Part shown: positions 1 to 9,404 of the stretch, in pieces
Layout: each line of letters starts with the position of its first letter
Position numbering within the stretch: the stretch's first letter is position 1
Source of the DNA: an uncultured archaeon
Lineage (GTDB): Archaea; Thermoplasmatota; Thermoplasmata; Thermoplasmatales; Thermoplasmataceae
Direction: 5' to 3'
DNA: 64,000 nt
NCBI GenBank assembly: GCA_000965745.1
Contig: CP009479.1
Coordinates: 1,408,001 to 1,472,000, forward strand
Notes under the pieces: generated by a model
The model's database searches: none
Told to the model about the DNA's origin: nothing
What the model saw: only the letters and a program-made list of their open reading frames with translations
Made by a program: the position numbers and the translations under genes

Positions 1-1360
1 TGCCGCAAACGATGCATTTTCCGACATCTTCTGTACCGTTGACGAATCCCAGGGGGTCAAGATCAGCTTCAGCTTCTATATGGTCTGCACACTCCTTGGA
101 CCCGCACCAGTAAGCTGCTGTGGCTCCAATTGCTTTTTTCATGTCGTCAAGGCTTGAAGAATCTGTAAGAAGGGATAGGAACAACTTATCTGCTGATTCT
201 TTCATGCTCGCTTTCACTTCACCAAGTAAGCCTGTCACTCCTGAAACAAAATCCCCCCTGCTCATGACTTTTTTGCCTTTCTTGCTTCTGAGGGCGACCG
301 TCACATTTCCGGATCCGACTTCCCTTACTCCAATCTCGACCCTGACTGGAACGCCCCTCATTTCCCAGTCGTTATACTTGTACCCCGGGGTGTAGTTGTC
401 CCGGTCATCAACTCTCACCCTGAAACCCATTTTCAGAAGGTCATCTCCGATCTTCCGGGAATATCCGATCGTGTCCTCCGACTCAGAGGGTATTGGAACA
501 ATTATGACCTGTACCGGGGCAATTCCCGGTGGAAGAATGAGCCCCTTGTCGTCGCCGTGCACACCTATTACCGCCGCAAGCAGCCTTTCGCTCATACCAA
601 ATGTCGTCTGAGAAACAAAATGATGCTCTCCATCGTCATCCGCATATTTAATATCGTAATTTTCCGAGAAATTAGTGCCATATTGGTGGATCGTGCCTAT
701 CTGGAGAGACCTGCTGCTTGGAAGCAGGGTATCAAAAGCAAGAGTGTATCTTGCACCCGGGAATTTGTCCCAATCAGGCCTTCTGTTGGTTATGTAAGGA
801 AGGCAAAGCTCGTCGGCAAGGCGTTCCCAGATCTCCTTGTACTGTACCATCTGTTTTTCAGCATCTTCATACGTCGCATGGGCTGTATGTGCTTCAAAGA
901 AGTGTATTTCCCTTATCCTGATGAATGACCTGGTGTGTTTTGTCTCATGCCTGTAGACACTGACAATCTGGTACAACTTCATTGGAAGGTCTGCATGGGA
1001 GCGTATCCAGAGTGAAAACATCGGGTACATTGCAGCTTCGCTTGTTGGTCTCAGGGCCAGCTCCACATCCAGGTTTTCATGGCCTCCTCTTGTGATCCAG
1101 TAAAGTTCACCCTCAAAACCTTTTACATGCTCAAATTCCACCATGAGCTGGTCTTTGGTGACTGGAACAGGAAAACTTACCTCATCAAAATCACGGGAGT
1201 CGACAAGTCTTCTTATTATGCCATCTATGCCTTGCATTATTTTGAGACCATACGGCCTCCATACATTCATCCCTTTTACATGGTATCGTTTGTCGCTCAA
1301 CTCAGCAGTCTCAACTATCTCATTGTACCACTCGCTGAAGTTTTTTTTCCTGTTCTCCAT
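1..1360 (-). CDS. proS: Proline--tRNA ligase, archaeal/eukaryotic type; 3' end runs off the window
   Basis: Not in the ORF track. Manual translation from ATG 1360 gives MENRKKNFSEWYNEIV..., LRPTSEAAMY, YRHETKHTRSFIRIREIHFFEAHTAH, PGYKYNDWEMRGVPVRVEIG and a C-terminal Cys cluster (WCGSKEC...KCIVCG). Confidence 0.96.
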   Translation of the reverse strand, partial: MENRKKNFSEWYNEIVETAELSDKRYHVKGMNVWRPYGLKIMQGIDGIIRRLVDSRDFDEVSFPVPVTKDQLMVEFEHVKGFEGELYWITRGGHENLDVELALRPTSEAAMYPMFSLWIRSHADLPMKLYQIVSVYRHETKHTRSFIRIREIHFFEAHTAHATYEDAEKQMVQYKEIWERLADELCLPYITNRRPDWDKFPGARYTLAFDTLLPSSRSLQIGTIHQYGTNFSENYDIKYADDDGEHHFVSQTTFGMSERLLAAVIGVHGDDKGLILPPGIAPVQVIIVPIPSESEDTIGYSRKIGDDLLKMGFRVRVDDRDNYTPGYKYNDWEMRGVPVRVEIGVREVGSGNVTVALRSKKGKKVMSRGDFVSGVTGLLGEVKASMKESADKLFLSLLTDSSSLDDMKKAIGATAAYWCGSKECADHIEAEADLDPLGFVNGTEDVGKCIVCG

Positions 1361-1456
1361 CTGATGCAACAGATTATCAAGGTTTTAATTAACTTTCCTT
1401 ATCTTACTGTTTGAGTCAGAGGACGAGTATGGCCTACAAAAAAAGAGATATATTCA

Positions 1457-2701
1457 TTGATCATTTGTCTGGTTGTGATAACAGACTCCCTTCAGGATAA
1501 GGAAAAGAAATTTATTGTCGATATCGCGCGCAGAATTATCCCGATAAGGTCCATCTCTCCGGAATCCGGTGGAAAGGGCGAATCTGAAAGGGCTGATGAA
1601 CTGTGCAAAATTCTAGATGAAATGGGGTTTAAGGGCTACTCAAGATACGACGTGGAAGACAAGGGCGGATTTAGAAGGTCCAGTGTCGTTCTCAAATCTG
1701 GGCGCAAGGAGAAAACTCTATGGATTGTGGCCCACATTGATACGGTTCCGGAAGGTGATCTGTCGCTATGGACCAGGAGTCCCTTTACAGTGACACTTGA
1801 GAAGGACCGAATTTATGGCAGAGGGACTTCAGACAACGGCCAAGCCATACTACTTTCAATGCTCCTCCTTAAGAATCTCAGGAAGGACGAGCTCAACTAC
1901 AATCTGGGGATTGCATTTGTGGCAGATGAAGAGATGGGCAGCAACTATGGGATTCAGCACCTGCTTGAGAAAGATATCTTCCGGGAGGGAGACTTGATAA
2001 TTGTTCCAGACGCAGGTACTGAAGAAGGCAATGAGGTCGAAGTGGCTGAAAAAAGTATTCTGTGGCTGAAAATAAAGACCACGGGAAAGCAGTATCACGC
2101 CAGTATGCCGTTCAATGCAATCAACGCATCAAGGGAAGGCATGAAATTCGTACTTGAACTGGACAGGCACCTTCATGAAAAATTCAAGGATAGTGTGGAT
2201 ATATTTTCACCGCCATACTCTACCTTCGAGCCCACAAAGCACGAAAAGAACGTTGATAACATCAACACGATACCCGGCGTCGATGTACAGTATATGGACT
2301 GCAGGATTCTGCCAGGATACGATTTGGTCGTCGTCATGGACCAGATTGAATTGAAAATGAGGGAGTTCGAGAAAGACAGCAAAGCAAAAATTTCGTATGA
2401 GGTGATCCAGAAGGAACAGGCACCCGCCCGGACTCCTGAAAACGCAGAGATTGTCGAAAGGCTGATCAAGTCGATAAGGAAAACCAGAAATATCGAGCCT
2501 AAAGTTATTGGGATAGGCGGCGGAACCTGTGCAGCATATTTCAGGAAAAAAGGTTTCGATGCTGCAGTCTGGTGCACAACTGTAGCAGAAAGCGCCCATA
2601 AGCCGGACGAGTACATGATACTCGATCATGTCCTAAAAGACAGGGATGTAATCGAAGACATACTCTATGGCAGAGGGGATCAGCCTATTAATGCCGACTA
2701 G
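1457..2701 (+). CDS. M20 family metallo-hydrolase (DapE/ArgE-like)
   Basis: HIDTVP, GRGTSDN, DEEMG and C-terminal AHKPDE metal-binding motifs. True start may be GTG 1475. Confidence 0.88.
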   Translation: MIICLVVITDSLQDKEKKFIVDIARRIIPIRSISPESGGKGESERADELCKILDEMGFKGYSRYDVEDKGGFRRSSVVLKSGRKEKTLWIVAHIDTVPEGDLSLWTRSPFTVTLEKDRIYGRGTSDNGQAILLSMLLLKNLRKDELNYNLGIAFVADEEMGSNYGIQHLLEKDIFREGDLIIVPDAGTEEGNEVEVAEKSILWLKIKTTGKQYHASMPFNAINASREGMKFVLELDRHLHEKFKDSVDIFSPPYSTFEPTKHEKNVDNINTIPGVDVQYMDCRILPGYDLVVVMDQIELKMREFEKDSKAKISYEVIQKEQAPARTPENAEIVERLIKSIRKTRNIEPKVIGIGGGTCAAYFRKKGFDAAVWCTTVAESAHKPDEYMILDHVLKDRDVIEDILYGRGDQPINAD

Positions 2702-3222
2702 TCCAGCCCATCGTCCTCGTCGGTCTTGGACAGGTCGATCAGCCTGTTTACCCCGTCCACTTCCTTTATTATGTCAGCGACGGTCTGTGGGACAGCAGGT
2801 TCCCATTCTCCGCCATTAAGTATCTTTTCCCTTATCTTCGTTCCAGACCAGAATTTTCTGTTTATAAGCTTGAATGATCTGGCATCATATCCTTTTTCAT
2901 AAAACAATCTTCCCACAAGGGGGTTATTTGTGTAAACAGTCCTGAATTTCGGTGTCAGGGACTCAACGTGGGCAACCCACAAAGGGTTGGAATTGACATC
3001 CTCAATAGGCACGATGTAGAAATTTCTGATTCCCTCGTTTTCCAGAGTCGAAGAAATCATCAGATATCTTTCCCCTGCTGTAAACGGGTCCTTCAAAGTG
3101 TGTGAGTACTGTGCGCTTCCTATTCCTATAATTACGGAGGGGCTGTCCCTGAGAACTTCCTTGATGATTTCGAGATGGCCTTTATGGAATGGCTGGAAAC
3201 GACCGACAATGAATGATCTCAT
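2698..3222 (-). CDS. nadM: Nicotinamide-nucleotide adenylyltransferase
   Basis: GRFQPFHKGH, PFTAGER and SGTKIR motifs of archaeal NMNAT. Confidence 0.93.
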   Translation of the reverse strand: MRSFIVGRFQPFHKGHLEIIKEVLRDSPSVIIGIGSAQYSHTLKDPFTAGERYLMISSTLENEGIRNFYIVPIEDVNSNPLWVAHVESLTPKFRTVYTNNPLVGRLFYEKGYDARSFKLINRKFWSGTKIREKILNGGEWEPAVPQTVADIIKEVDGVNRLIDLSKTDEDDGLD

Positions 3223-3317
3223 GTAATGTTGTATTACAACGGTTAAATAAATCCTTCACAGTTTTTTGAAAAAACTCCGATCTATGGATTTTCGCCGATC
3301 CTCATTACAGATTCTTT

Positions 3318-6300
3318 TCAAACGGGTTGGATGCTAATTACTACCTTTTCTCCGTTGATGTCCCAGTCCCTGCCTTTTTCTTGTGCGTCTTCAACTATCT
3401 CTTCGCTGAGAGTCTCTTCCATTATCCAGTTCTTGAATTTTCCAAGCGCTTTTGGTATCACGCCACTCCCTGAAATTCCAGTCCTTATCTTCTGGTCATA
3501 CTCAAGATTAAGGTCCTTCCTCATGACCTGTATTCTTCTTATCAGTTCTCTAGCGGCTCCCTCCAATTGGAGGCCTTCGTCGATTCTGCTGTTTACAAAT
3601 ACCTCTATTTCCGTTCTACTGTCCTGCGTATAACCGTAGTTCTCATCGGGAGTTTCTTCGATCTTGACAAGGCTGGAATCTACATCCACCCCTTCTGCTG
3701 ATATCTTCCCGTGCCTTTCAAGCTCATTTATGAGCTCTGCCTGGTCTGCATTCTTTATGTATTCCTGGACTTTCCTGAGATTGCTTCGGAGAATTGGTGC
3801 TGCTTCAGACAGAACTATCTCTACTCTTCGGATCACTGGCCTCTCGCTTGAGGCGATGAATGTTAAATCTCTCGAGTTGACTTCCGGTTTTACAAGATCA
3901 ACGAGGTCTTTTTCAAGTGCTTCTGTTCCTGAGACCAGTATTTCAGTTACCGGCTGCCTTCCTTTTATGCCTGTCAACTGTCTGACTCTTCTTACGGACT
4001 CTATGATGGAAGCGGCTTTTGAAAACGACCTCTCAAGCTCCGTATCGACTGTGGACTCATCAGTTACCGGAAAATCTGTCTCATGTACACTCCCCTTTCC
4101 TTTAGTTAGTTTCTGGTAGAGGTAATCTGTGGTAAACGGAGCAATCGGCGCAAGAAGCCTGAGTGTAGAATCTATTGTATAATACAGTGTGCTGTAGGCC
4201 TGCCTCTTCTCATCATTCATGGACTCCGCCCAAAACCTCCTTCTTGAGAGTCTCAGGTAAAAGTTGGATATGCTGTCAATGAGCTCCTGTACATCTCGAA
4301 GTGCCAGATGCAGTTGAAGTGCGTCCATTTTGGCTCCCACGCTCTTGATTGTCGAATTGACTTTTGATATTATCCAGCGATCCAGCAGGTTGGCTGATTT
4401 TTCGAGGCCTTTGTATTCATAGCTGTCCAGGTTCGCATTGGACGCAAAGAATGAGTACACGTTTGTGAGAGTGCCAAGCGTCTTGCTCGTGACCTCAGAG
4501 ATTAGCTTCTTATCCAGAGATTTAACCTTCCATGGCGCCCCTGTGAGGAAGAATAATCTCATTGGATCCGGACCGACTTCATGGACAAAATCAAGAGCAA
4601 AGACAGAATTTCCCTTGCTCTTGCTCATTTTTCTCCCCTGTTCATCGAGGATGAAATTTATGGTCAGTGCATTCTTGTATGCATTCTGCCCGAACAGAAG
4701 CGAGGAAATCACGTGAAGTGTGTAATACCATCCTCTTGTCTGGTCTATTGCCTCAGTTATGAAGTCTATGGGGAAATTGACATCCGGTGAGAAGGCGTCC
4801 TCGAATGGATAGTGCAAAGCAGCGTAAGTGGCGCTTCCTGAATCAAACCACGTATCAATCACGTAGGGTTCCCTTGACATTTCAAGGCCACATTCCCTGC
4901 ATTTGAGTTTTATATTGTCTACAAAGGGCCTGTGAAGGTCATCTGGAACTTCACCGCCATTTTCTCTAATCTCCTTTCTGCTTCCAACCACGAAATAATG
5001 TTCGTTTGAGCATTTCCAGACGGGAAGAGGGGTGCCCCAATACCTGTTTCTGCTTAGGGCCCAGTCTTTTGCCTCTGAAAGGAAATTCCCAAATCTGCCT
5101 TCCTTAAGGTGCTCGGGAAGCCAGTTTATCTTCTCGTTGTTCTCCATCAATTCCTTCCTTATGGTGGATACGCGGATGAACCAGGCCTCTAGGGGGTAAT
5201 ACAGTAGCGGAGAACTGCACCGGTAACAGAACGGGTATGTATGCTCTATCTTCTCGCTCTTGAACACCAGTCCTTTCGACTTGAGGTACTTCAATATGTC
5301 TAAGTCTGCATCCTTAACAAATTGGCCATTCCACGGAAGTCTTTCATCCGCAAATTTTCCTGAAAGGTTAACCGGATTCAGTATCTCGACATTTTCATTT
5401 TTCCCTATGTCAAAATCATCGGCTCCGAATGCTGGTGAAGTATGAACCACACCCGTACCTTCTGTGACGGTGACATGATTCCCGGTCACGATTTTCATTG
5501 TCCCAACGGGTTTTCCCAGAAATGGTATGAGTTGTTCATATTCTTTTCCGGATAGATCCGATCCCTTGAAAGTCTCAATCGTCTCATACTCTCCTTTGAA
5601 CAGCTTCGGTACTATTTCAGTTGCAAGGTAAAGTTCTTCACCCTCGTGGCGTATCAGGGAGTATTCTATGTCGGGATTAACCGCCAGAAACTCATTTGAT
5701 GGAAGAGTCCAGGGGGTAGTAGTCCATGCCAGGAAATATCTGTTTTCAGTACCTTTTTCCTTGAACCTGATATATAGTGAGGGGTCCTTGACATCCTCAT
5801 ATCCCTGTGAAACTTCGTGGGAACTAAGGGAGGTTTCGCATCTGGGGCAATAAGGCACGATCTTGTAGTCCTTAACTAGAAGTCCCCGTTCAAACATGGT
5901 TTTGAGTGCCCACCACTCACTCTCGATGTAGTCATTCCTTAGAGTTATGTACGCTTTTTCATGATCTATCCAGAATCCAAGCAGATCATCAACTTTCATC
6001 CATTCGTCGATGTACCTGAATATGCTTTCACGGCAATACGCATTGAATTTGTCAATTCCAAAATCTTCAATCTGTTTCTTGGTGGTGAAACCAAAGTGCT
6101 TTTCTGCCTCCAGTTCAACAGGGAGTCCGTGGCAATCCCATCCTGCAGTTCTTCTGAGGACGTTAAACCCCTTCATGTATTTGTATCTCAAAACGGTATC
6201 TTTGACCGTCCTGGTCATTGCATGTCCAACATGCGGCCTGCCATTTGCAGTTGGAGGCCCTTCTAGGAAAACAAAATTCCCTCTGTCCTTCTGGGGCTGA

Positions 6301-6407
6301 AAGATCTTTTCTTTCAGCTTATTATCCTTCCAGTTTTCAAGTACTTCCTCAGCTATCGAATAGTATGATCTCCCTGTATCCGGTTTTTCGTACAATTCTC
6401 CCGTCAT
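3318..6407 (-). CDS. ileS: Isoleucine--tRNA ligase
   Basis: EGPPTANGRPHVGH, GWDCHGLPVE, WTTTPWTLPSN, DWALSRNRYWGTP and KMSKS. ATG 6407 preferred over TTG 6422. Confidence 0.97.
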   Translation of the reverse strand: MTGELYEKPDTGRSYYSIAEEVLENWKDNKLKEKIFQPQKDRGNFVFLEGPPTANGRPHVGHAMTRTVKDTVLRYKYMKGFNVLRRTAGWDCHGLPVELEAEKHFGFTTKKQIEDFGIDKFNAYCRESIFRYIDEWMKVDDLLGFWIDHEKAYITLRNDYIESEWWALKTMFERGLLVKDYKIVPYCPRCETSLSSHEVSQGYEDVKDPSLYIRFKEKGTENRYFLAWTTTPWTLPSNEFLAVNPDIEYSLIRHEGEELYLATEIVPKLFKGEYETIETFKGSDLSGKEYEQLIPFLGKPVGTMKIVTGNHVTVTEGTGVVHTSPAFGADDFDIGKNENVEILNPVNLSGKFADERLPWNGQFVKDADLDILKYLKSKGLVFKSEKIEHTYPFCYRCSSPLLYYPLEAWFIRVSTIRKELMENNEKINWLPEHLKEGRFGNFLSEAKDWALSRNRYWGTPLPVWKCSNEHYFVVGSRKEIRENGGEVPDDLHRPFVDNIKLKCRECGLEMSREPYVIDTWFDSGSATYAALHYPFEDAFSPDVNFPIDFITEAIDQTRGWYYTLHVISSLLFGQNAYKNALTINFILDEQGRKMSKSKGNSVFALDFVHEVGPDPMRLFFLTGAPWKVKSLDKKLISEVTSKTLGTLTNVYSFFASNANLDSYEYKGLEKSANLLDRWIISKVNSTIKSVGAKMDALQLHLALRDVQELIDSISNFYLRLSRRRFWAESMNDEKRQAYSTLYYTIDSTLRLLAPIAPFTTDYLYQKLTKGKGSVHETDFPVTDESTVDTELERSFSKAASIIESVRRVRQLTGIKGRQPVTEILVSGTEALEKDLVDLVKPEVNSRDLTFIASSERPVIRRVEIVLSEAAPILRSNLRKVQEYIKNADQAELINELERHGKISAEGVDVDSSLVKIEETPDENYGYTQDSRTEIEVFVNSRIDEGLQLEGAARELIRRIQVMRKDLNLEYDQKIRTGISGSGVIPKALGKFKNWIMEETLSEEIVEDAQEKGRDWDINGEKVVISIQPV

Positions 6408-6539
6408 GTGATAATGTTCCAAAAGGTTACAAGACTATTTATCAGTTTCTTGAAAGAACATCTGTAACATACACTGTGTAGTTTTGACTCAGAAGAGTAA
6501 AGGTTTCAAGGATTTTTAAAGTGGTTATAAGTCTGGTGT

Positions 6540-6740
6540 TCAAATCGTTGCGACTGTTACCTTCGGCAACTGACCGTACTTCTTCCTGTATTTTCGCAGA
6601 AGCTTCTGCTCTTTCCTGACGAGCCAGTCAAGGTAGTAGCCATAAAGGTCTGGGTTTTCCTTTCTAAGCTTCATTATGCCTATCCTCTCCTGGGTAACCG
6701 TATCTATATCCTCCAAAAGCCTGAATTTGTCTGACATCAT
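6540..6740 (-). CDS. Small basic hypothetical protein (65-66 aa)
   Basis: Clean ORF with protein-like composition in an intergenic position, with an AT-rich promoter-like region upstream. Confidence 0.65.
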   Translation of the reverse strand: MMSDKFRLLEDIDTVTQERIGIMKLRKENPDLYGYYLDWLVRKEQKLLRKYRKKYGQLPKVTVATI

Positions 6741-6883
6741 ATCTATCGAACTTCCTCTTAATTACTATTAATTTCGCATGATATGATAATTTTTTCATAA
6801 AAGAGGAAAATGAGAAAATGAGTGCGAACCCACTTAATACGGAGTTTACGTTATAAGGAATTTTTGCGAAATTTCTTTTTCAT

Positions 6884-6899
6884 GTTGACCGTGGTCAAC
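6884..6899. promoter_or_regulatory. Perfect inverted repeat GTTGACC-GT-GGTCAAC, possible regulator site
   Basis: 7-bp arms read directly in the intergenic region 6741-7075. Function is inferred. Confidence 0.3.
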
Positions 6900-7075
6900 T
6901 TATTCCCTGCAATGGCAATTACTCAACGTATCGGTTTGGAAAAAACCCCATGTTCGCTGGGTTTCCTTACAAAATACCTACATTGGCAGACATTGGCTGA
7001 ACTATAATTTCTTTCACATACTTGTTCTTGTATAAAAGTAAAAATATTTATTAACCAGAACTGATTATATTTTTT

Positions 7076-7207
7076 ATGTTCAAAAATTTCTTCCACAAGG
7101 TATCAGTTTCCATCAAGGAAGAAACGGCCAGGCTGCGATCAGTGATTCATGAACAGTTTGATTTACCGCAGATTGACCCTGAACAAGTAAAAAATCATCA
7201 CAAATAA
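7076..7207 (+). CDS. Putative 43-aa leaderless small protein MFKNFFHKVSVSIKEETARLRSVIHEQFDLPQIDPEQVKNHHK
   Basis: Manual translation, below the ORF-track cutoff. A TATA-like TTTATTAA lies about 22-29 nt upstream of the ATG, and the stop converges on the thiL stop. Confidence 0.5.
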   Translation: MFKNFFHKVSVSIKEETARLRSVIHEQFDLPQIDPEQVKNHHK

Positions 7208-7220
7208 TATAATGATTTTA

Positions 7221-8198
7221 TTATTTTATTCTTCCAAGAGTCGGTTTCTCAGTAAAATGCTCATAACCAAGTCCGGTTATGGCTTCCCATCTTTCCCCGT
7301 CGAAGATTATGTTATTCTCTTCCCAAACCTGCCCAATTATTGAAACATCCACATTGTTGGATTCCATGTTCTCAAGGAAATCTCCGTAATTTTCATTTTC
7401 TATGGTGAAGAGAATCTCGTAGTCCCCTCCGAAAGAGAAGAGAAGGTCACGCACAGATGCCCCGGAAAGTTCTGATGCCTTATCCACATTCCTGTCTTGC
7501 TGGACAGAGTCCTCCACAATCTTGAACCCTATGCCATAATCATTCTTCATCTGCGCAACAGATGAAAAGATCCCGTCAGAAAGATCCATCATGAACTTTC
7601 CGCCATGACGGCTTATTATGTCAGCTTCCCTTATTCTGGCCTGGACCCCCATCATAAGGTTTATTCCAAGGTCTTTCTTGTAACCTGTCTTGTAGAAAAC
7701 ATAACCTGATGCAGATCTTCCCAACCTGTTGGTCACACCGAGAAGCTGGCCAGGCTTGATATCCCCTCTCTTTCTCGTATACTCCTTTTTTTGCCTGCCC
7801 ACTGCTATGCCCGTCAAGGTCAGGGAAGCGCCTTCCTTCATGTCTCCCCCGAGGTGCTCTACTTCATATTGATCCAGCACTTTGCTCACGCCCGTTTCCA
7901 GGCCCTCGAAAAACTCTATATCGGTATCCGGCGAGGCTGAATAGGCAGACATAAAGCCAATAGGTTCACCTGCCATTCCTGCTATGTCGCTTAGGTTTAT
8001 GTTTGCAAAAAAGCTCCCTATCTGTTCAGGGCTTGCACCCTTTGGCGCGTGGGTGAGTGGAGTTATAACATCGGTGGAGAGTAACAGGTAGTCTTCCCCA
8101 TCTTCAATCAGAGCACAGTCATCCTTAGGAACCTGCTTTGAGTGCATAGACATAAGTCTGTCTATAATTCTCCGTTCTCCTATGTCCTTCAATTTCAA
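7221..8198 (-). CDS. thiL: Thiamine-monophosphate kinase
   Basis: Starts (M)KLKDIGERRII; DDCA, NLSDIAGMAG, GGD, MDLSDG, GGDYEILFT, GYEHF. Likely TTG start at 8198. Confidence 0.92.
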   Translation of the reverse strand: MKLKDIGERRIIDRLMSMHSKQVPKDDCALIEDGEDYLLLSTDVITPLTHAPKGASPEQIGSFFANINLSDIAGMAGEPIGFMSAYSASPDTDIEFFEGLETGVSKVLDQYEVEHLGGDMKEGASLTLTGIAVGRQKKEYTRKRGDIKPGQLLGVTNRLGRSASGYVFYKTGYKKDLGINLMMGVQARIREADIISRHGGKFMMDLSDGIFSSVAQMKNDYGIGFKIVEDSVQQDRNVDKASELSGASVRDLLFSFGGDYEILFTIENENYGDFLENMESNNVDVSIIGQVWEENNIIFDGERWEAITGLGYEHFTEKPTLGRIK

Positions 8199-8255
8199 TA
8201 CTTCAGCATTGAAGGTAATCTGATTAATCTTTCTCCACCCGATCAAAAAGGAGAG

Positions 8256-9314
8256 TCAGAGGTAGGAACATGAGGATGATATTCTTGTGACCAGCCTGTT
8301 ATAATCTGACTGAAAAATTAGAACATCTTCGGAATCAAGCCTTCGGTCAAACGATTCCCTGCTGCCCCTGCTGTAGTATTCCTCCAAGGGTGAGAAATCC
8401 TGCGAAAGCGAGGATTCAAAGATCAGATTGAGAAGCGTTCTGTCGCGTTCTTCATTATGAACTCCTCTTAGCTTGTCTCCACCTGTTGGGTAAGAGACGA
8501 CTGAAGTTCCACAACCTTTGCTTCTCAGCAGGACCTCTGCCAGGCTCCACAGCCTTGGAGGCCTGTACAGCCCAGCTTTCCAGAGCTTCTCTACCATTGT
8601 ATTCTTCTGTATATTCATGGGATTCACTGACACATCGTCTGAGAAGTGTGCAACAGCATTGATGGAGTAAAGCGCATCTTCTACTGCTTCTCTTTCTGAT
8701 ATGAAGGGCGGCTTGAAAAGTAGGTATGTTCTGAGCTCTAGCTTCAACTTTTTCAGCACTTCTGCCGATTCCTTGAACTTGCTGAATGTGCTGCCTTTGT
8801 TTACAGAATATTTCATTATGTAGTCATTGGCGCTTTCCAGGCCTATTGCAACTCTTGTAGGAACCTTGTAGTCTCCAATTTTCTGCAGGTTCTTTTCTGT
8901 AATGTATTCTGTCCTCGACTCGACCAGCGCCTTCTCAATCTTGCCCTCAATCGATTCGTAGAAATAGTCCCTTACCTCAAGCGGGACTTCTCTGGGGTCT
9001 AGAAAACTTCCAGAGGTGAACACTTTCAGCACCTTCGAATCCGAAAGGGATGATGCCATCAGGTCGATCTGCCTGTACAGGTTTTCTGGCTCGATCTTGC
9101 TTGAAACATCATTAAAGTATCCGCACATCGAACATGAAGAAAAATTGAACCATGAGCATCCCTTTGTCTTGAATATTACCACAGTTGTCTGTTCAGGGTA
9201 GCCTCTGATCCTATCAAGCTCTTTCCATAGTGAAACGGGTTTGTCAAGCTCCTCATCCCGGTCTCTGTCTGGCATGAGATGTTTAATTGCAGTTGCATAT
9301 TCTCGGTTGATCAT
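8256..9314 (-). CDS. Archaeosine biosynthesis radical SAM protein RaSEA (TIGR01210-like)
   Basis: TKGCSW...CSMCGY with atypical Cys spacing; TSGSFLD, ESRTEY, AIGLESAND, YRPPRLWS. Confidence 0.82.
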   Translation of the reverse strand: MINREYATAIKHLMPDRDRDEELDKPVSLWKELDRIRGYPEQTTVVIFKTKGCSWFNFSSCSMCGYFNDVSSKIEPENLYRQIDLMASSLSDSKVLKVFTSGSFLDPREVPLEVRDYFYESIEGKIEKALVESRTEYITEKNLQKIGDYKVPTRVAIGLESANDYIMKYSVNKGSTFSKFKESAEVLKKLKLELRTYLLFKPPFISEREAVEDALYSINAVAHFSDDVSVNPMNIQKNTMVEKLWKAGLYRPPRLWSLAEVLLRSKGCGTSVVSYPTGGDKLRGVHNEERDRTLLNLIFESSLSQDFSPLEEYYSRGSRESFDRRLDSEDVLIFQSDYNRLVTRISSSCSYL

Positions 9315-9404
9315 ATCTCGTATCTTGGAGGATAATTCCGACTCAATTTATTATGTTGATCATTCCTGCTTACATCAAAAAATGGGTACGCACAGGTTGA
9401 AATT

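Noticed and set aside
120-1414. Several plus-strand ORFs in the ORF track
   Set aside because: They are antisense shadows of the partial proS gene. The same applies to most short overlapping ORFs across the window.
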